Of a stretch of DNA of 64,000 bases, positions 60,747-64,000 are shown in pieces. Position 1 is the stretch's first letter. Each line of letters opens with the position of its first letter. This DNA is from an uncultured Nitrosomonadales bacterium. GTDB taxonomy: Bacteria; Pseudomonadota; Gammaproteobacteria; Burkholderiales; Gallionellaceae. The stretch spans positions 8,877-72,876 of the forward strand of contig CAIOSY010000055.1 in NCBI GenBank assembly GCA_903861075.1, written 5' to 3'. The notes below the pieces were generated by a model, which did no database searches, had not been told where the DNA came from, and saw nothing but the letters and a program-made list of their open reading frames with translations. The translations under genes were made by a program, and so were the position numbers.

Positions 60747-61079
60747 TTAGAACTTGTGAATAATCCATTTGGGCGGGCGAAATCCAGAATCCAGACTCTC
60801 CTGGCGTGCAAACTTACCATCGCCTCTCTCATCGATCAGATAGTAAGATGCGCCGATTTTGGGCGTGACCTTAATCATATAAATTTTACCGCCGGAGCGA
60901 AACTCTTCAACTGTCAATTCGGTTTGTTTAATGATGGTGATTTCAGCATCATCGGTTGTGGCTTCTGGCTCGGCTGTAAACGGGGGAGGGGGCGCGAGCG
61001 GCTCCAGATTGTCCGGAATTGCGGCTGCATAGCTGGCTTGAACAAAGCAGCCGAGGATAAATAAGGATAAGAAGCGCAT
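60747..61079 (-). CDS. DUF2782-family secreted protein
   Basis: Signal peptide; EITII...VEEFR..GKIYMIKVTP..G..YYL...P.W. ATG at 61079. Confidence 0.85.
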   Translation of the reverse strand: MRFLSLFILGCFVQASYAAAIPDNLEPLAPPPPFTAEPEATTDDAEITIIKQTELTVEEFRSGGKIYMIKVTPKIGASYYLIDERGDGKFARQESLDSGFRPPKWIIHKF

Positions 61080-61122
61080 GGCAGCGGTCTCTTTAAATTG
61101 GAATAGCGGTATTTTAGCCGAT

Positions 61123-61839
61123 TTATAGGTAGAGCTGACGTTCGCGTTCAGCGTCAGTGGGTTCAAATCCGGAAGTCTCGTAGTGTTTGAAAATTGAGCT
61201 GACAATTTCTTTTGGTTCATCAATGATTTGGATTAGATCAAGATCTTCTGGGCGTATGACTTTTTCTTCTATGAGCGTGCTTTTAAACCATTCCATCATG
61301 CCACTCCAAAAGGGGGTGCCGACTAATATAATGGGTATGGGACGTGTTTTCCCTGTTTGAACCAGGGTGAGCGCTTCCATGAGTTCATCCAGTGTGCCAA
61401 AACCGCCTGGCATGACCACATAGGCGTGGGCAAATTTCACAAACATCACTTTGCGTGCGAAAAAGTGCTGAAAAGTTTGGCTGATGTTTTGGAACTGATT
61501 GTTGGATTGCTCGTGGGGAAGTTGAATATTAAGACCTACGCTAGGAGATTTTCCGTAAAATGCGCCTTTGTTCGCCGCTTCCATGATTCCCGGGCCACCG
61601 CCTGAAATAACTGAAAATCCGGCGTCAGATAACATCCGTGCAATTTCTTCAGCGAGTTTGTAATAGGGGTGATCGGGTTTAGTCCGGGCACTGCCGAAAA
61701 TACTCACGGCAGGATGTATCTGTGCAAGACGATCGGTTGCGGAAACAAACTCTGACATAATGCCAAACACGCGCCATGCCTCTTTGGCGTCCCAGGCTGC
61801 CGGAATATCGGATGAGGGGAGTTTTGGCATTTGAGTCAT
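61123..61839 (-). CDS. LOG-family (TIGR00730) Rossmann-fold nucleotide phosphoribohydrolase
   Basis: SIFGSART, GGGPGIMEA, FFARK and PGGFGTLDE motifs. Confidence 0.93.
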   Translation of the reverse strand: MTQMPKLPSSDIPAAWDAKEAWRVFGIMSEFVSATDRLAQIHPAVSIFGSARTKPDHPYYKLAEEIARMLSDAGFSVISGGGPGIMEAANKGAFYGKSPSVGLNIQLPHEQSNNQFQNISQTFQHFFARKVMFVKFAHAYVVMPGGFGTLDELMEALTLVQTGKTRPIPIILVGTPFWSGMMEWFKSTLIEEKVIRPEDLDLIQIIDEPKEIVSSIFKHYETSGFEPTDAERERQLYL

Positions 61840-61875
61840 TTTCGTACCTTAAATTTTAAATGAAGAGCGGTAATA

Positions 61876-64000
61876 ATGAGCGTAGATCACGATAAAACAT
61901 TGCTTTTGGTAGACGGGTCGTCCTTTTTGTATCGCGCGTTTCATGCCGTTCCTGATATGCGAAATAAATCGGGTGAACCGACTAACGCAATCTACGGCGT
62001 GCTCAACATGTTACGCCGTCTACGTCAGGATTTCCCCGCAGATTATAGCCTGTGTGTATTTGACGCAAAAGGAAAAACCTTTCGCGATGCATGGTATCCG
62101 GAATATAAGGCAAATCGCGCGGCCATGCCTGCTGATCTTGTGTTGCAGATTGATCCATTGCATCAAGCCATTAAGGCGTCAGGATGGCATATCTCCATGG
62201 TTGAGGGGGTGGAGGCGGATGATGTGATCGGTACGTTGGCACGCCAGGCATCAAAGGCGGGGGCGAAGTGCATTATTGCAACGGGTGATAAGGATCTTGC
62301 TCAATTGGTGGATGAGCAAGTGACCTTGATCAATACCATGAACAACGAAACGTTGGATATTGCTGGCGTGATCGCTAAATTCGGTGTGCCGCCATCTTTG
62401 ATTATAGATTACCTGACACTCACCGGCGATGTAGTGGATAACGTGCCCGGCGTTGAGAAGGTAGGGCCTAAAACGGCCGTTAAATGGTTAATTCAGCACG
62501 GCACGCTGGAAAATTTGATGCGCAATGCCGATACGATAAACGGGGTGGTGGGGGTTAATCTGAGAAAGGCGTTGGATTGGCTACCTCAAGCTAAGCGATT
62601 GATTACGGTTAAATGTGATGTTCCTGATTTGCCCGAATACCACACTTTGATTGCGCCACAGCAAGAGCGGGACACACTGCGTCTCCTGTTTGAGCGATTC
62701 GGTTTTAAAAGTTGGCTGAGAGAGTTGGTTGTTGTATCTAATGCCCCTGTTGATATTCCGGGAGCGGTTGTCATACACGACAGTGCTGCGGTAGCGCTGC
62801 TGGAGCCGGTGACGAGTAATGTTTTTGCATCTGATTTTCCAGGCGAAGAATCGATACGCACCGATAGCGCGCAATACCAGACGATTTTAACTGAAGATCA
62901 GCTATTTGATTTAATGGATAAAATTAACGCTGCCGAATTAGTTTGCGTAGATACGGAAACGACGGGCCTCGATGTGATGATGGCGCAATTAGTGGGTATT
63001 TCTCTGTCAATCGAATCACATCAAGCCTTTTATTTGCCACTTGCGCATGTTTATCCGGGTGCGCCGGATCAGCTTGATCGTGAAAAAACACTGGCGCAAC
63101 TCAAGCCGTGGCTGGAAAGCGAGCAACACAAAAAAGTCGGTCAGAACCTCAAATACGATAAGCATATTTTTGCCAATCACGGTGTTCAGTTTAGAGGGGT
63201 ACACGATGACACCCTTTTAGAGTCTTACGTGTTGGAGAGTCATAAATCGCATGATATGGATAGTTTGGCCTTACGTCATTTGCAGGTTAAAACCATTAGT
63301 TATGCGGAGATTGTGGGTAAGGGCGTGAAACAACTTTGTTTCGATCAGGTTGATCTTGATCTTGCTACGCATTATGCGGCAGAAGATGCGGATATTACTT
63401 TGCAGTTACACGAAACCCTTGCGCCGCAAATCGAGGGGTTGGCTGGTTTACAGTATATTTATCGTGAAATCGAGTTGCCCGCAATGCAGGTACTTTATAC
63501 GATGGAGCGCAACGGGGTGCTGCTCGATAGTAATTTGCTGCATATTCAAAGTCATGAATTGGGTGTGAAATTACTCGCGTTAGAAGCACGTGCTCATGAG
63601 GCGGCCGATCAGCCGTTCAATCTGAATTCTCCCAAGCAAATACAGGAAATTTTGTTCGATAAGCTCAAATTGCCGGTGAAAAAGAAAACGCCGAGCGGCG
63701 CGCCATCTACCGATGAAGAGGTTTTGCAGGAGCTGGCGCTCGATTATCCGCTGCCGAAAATCCTGCTCGACTATCGCGGTATGGCAAAACTCAAATCAAC
63801 TTATACCGATAAGCTGCCAAAAATGGTCAATCGCGCGACAGGTCGTGTGCATACCAGTTATTCGCAGGCGGTAGCGGTGACGGGACGACTGGCATCCAGC
63901 GACCCTAATCTGCAAAACATTCCGATACGCAGTGCCGAGGGACGACGCATACGCGAAGCCTTTATCGCGCCAGCAGGTAGCTGCATTGTTGCGGCAGATT
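61876..64000 (+). CDS. polA: DNA polymerase I (3' end outside window)
   Basis: LLLVDGSSFLYRAFHA, EADDVIGTL, GDKDLAQL, DTETTG, NLKYD, YAAEDA and GRLASSDPNLQNIP; in frame where checked, with no stop reported by the ORF track. Confidence 0.98.
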   Translation, partial: MSVDHDKTLLLVDGSSFLYRAFHAVPDMRNKSGEPTNAIYGVLNMLRRLRQDFPADYSLCVFDAKGKTFRDAWYPEYKANRAAMPADLVLQIDPLHQAIKASGWHISMVEGVEADDVIGTLARQASKAGAKCIIATGDKDLAQLVDEQVTLINTMNNETLDIAGVIAKFGVPPSLIIDYLTLTGDVVDNVPGVEKVGPKTAVKWLIQHGTLENLMRNADTINGVVGVNLRKALDWLPQAKRLITVKCDVPDLPEYHTLIAPQQERDTLRLLFERFGFKSWLRELVVVSNAPVDIPGAVVIHDSAAVALLEPVTSNVFASDFPGEESIRTDSAQYQTILTEDQLFDLMDKINAAELVCVDTETTGLDVMMAQLVGISLSIESHQAFYLPLAHVYPGAPDQLDREKTLAQLKPWLESEQHKKVGQNLKYDKHIFANHGVQFRGVHDDTLLESYVLESHKSHDMDSLALRHLQVKTISYAEIVGKGVKQLCFDQVDLDLATHYAAEDADITLQLHETLAPQIEGLAGLQYIYREIELPAMQVLYTMERNGVLLDSNLLHIQSHELGVKLLALEARAHEAADQPFNLNSPKQIQEILFDKLKLPVKKKTPSGAPSTDEEVLQELALDYPLPKILLDYRGMAKLKSTYTDKLPKMVNRATGRVHTSYSQAVAVTGRLASSDPNLQNIPIRSAEGRRIREAFIAPAGSCIVAAD

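Noticed and set aside
62747-62870. Long PolA inter-domain linker containing small hairpins (CAGTGCT/AGCGCTG)
   Set aside because: This linker is naturally variable and the stems are short enough to be chance.

Overview
A 64-kb window of core chromosome from a betaproteobacterium. Gene order and protein style suggest Nitrosomonadales, probably Gallionellaceae-like; this is an inference, not a database hit. From the left: truncated rpiA, phoU and ppx behind a well-placed Pho box, a DODA-type dioxygenase, the RNase P RNA gene, and the full dcw cluster (mraZ to ftsZ). Next come a DUF4156 lipoprotein, lpxC, dciA, secA, argJ and the yacG-zapD-coaE-pilD block, then lgt/ilvD, a tandem pair of cytochromes c, relA and an EVE protein. 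A divergent hypABFCDE / hoxFUYHW cluster encodes an NAD-linked group 3d [NiFe]-hydrogenase, followed by an orphan methyltransferase, uvrD, MEKHLA, thrB, a LOG-family gene and truncated polA. I saw no CRISPR array, IS, prophage, tRNA or rRNA. Main anomalies: (1) a structured insertion of about 108 nt in the normally length-conserved J11/12 joint of RNase P RNA; (2) degenerate palindromic, partly tandem-heptamer inserts read in frame within murF, murB, uvrD and ftsI, plus a CGCAGATT repeat element, which together may be one family of miniature elements; (3) a 1-nt frameshift in the essential ftsI gene; (4) a RelA lacking its C-terminal ACT/RRM domain; (5) likely leaderless lpxC and uvrD mRNAs. 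All pairings and motifs were read by eye; no folding, alignment or database search was run.
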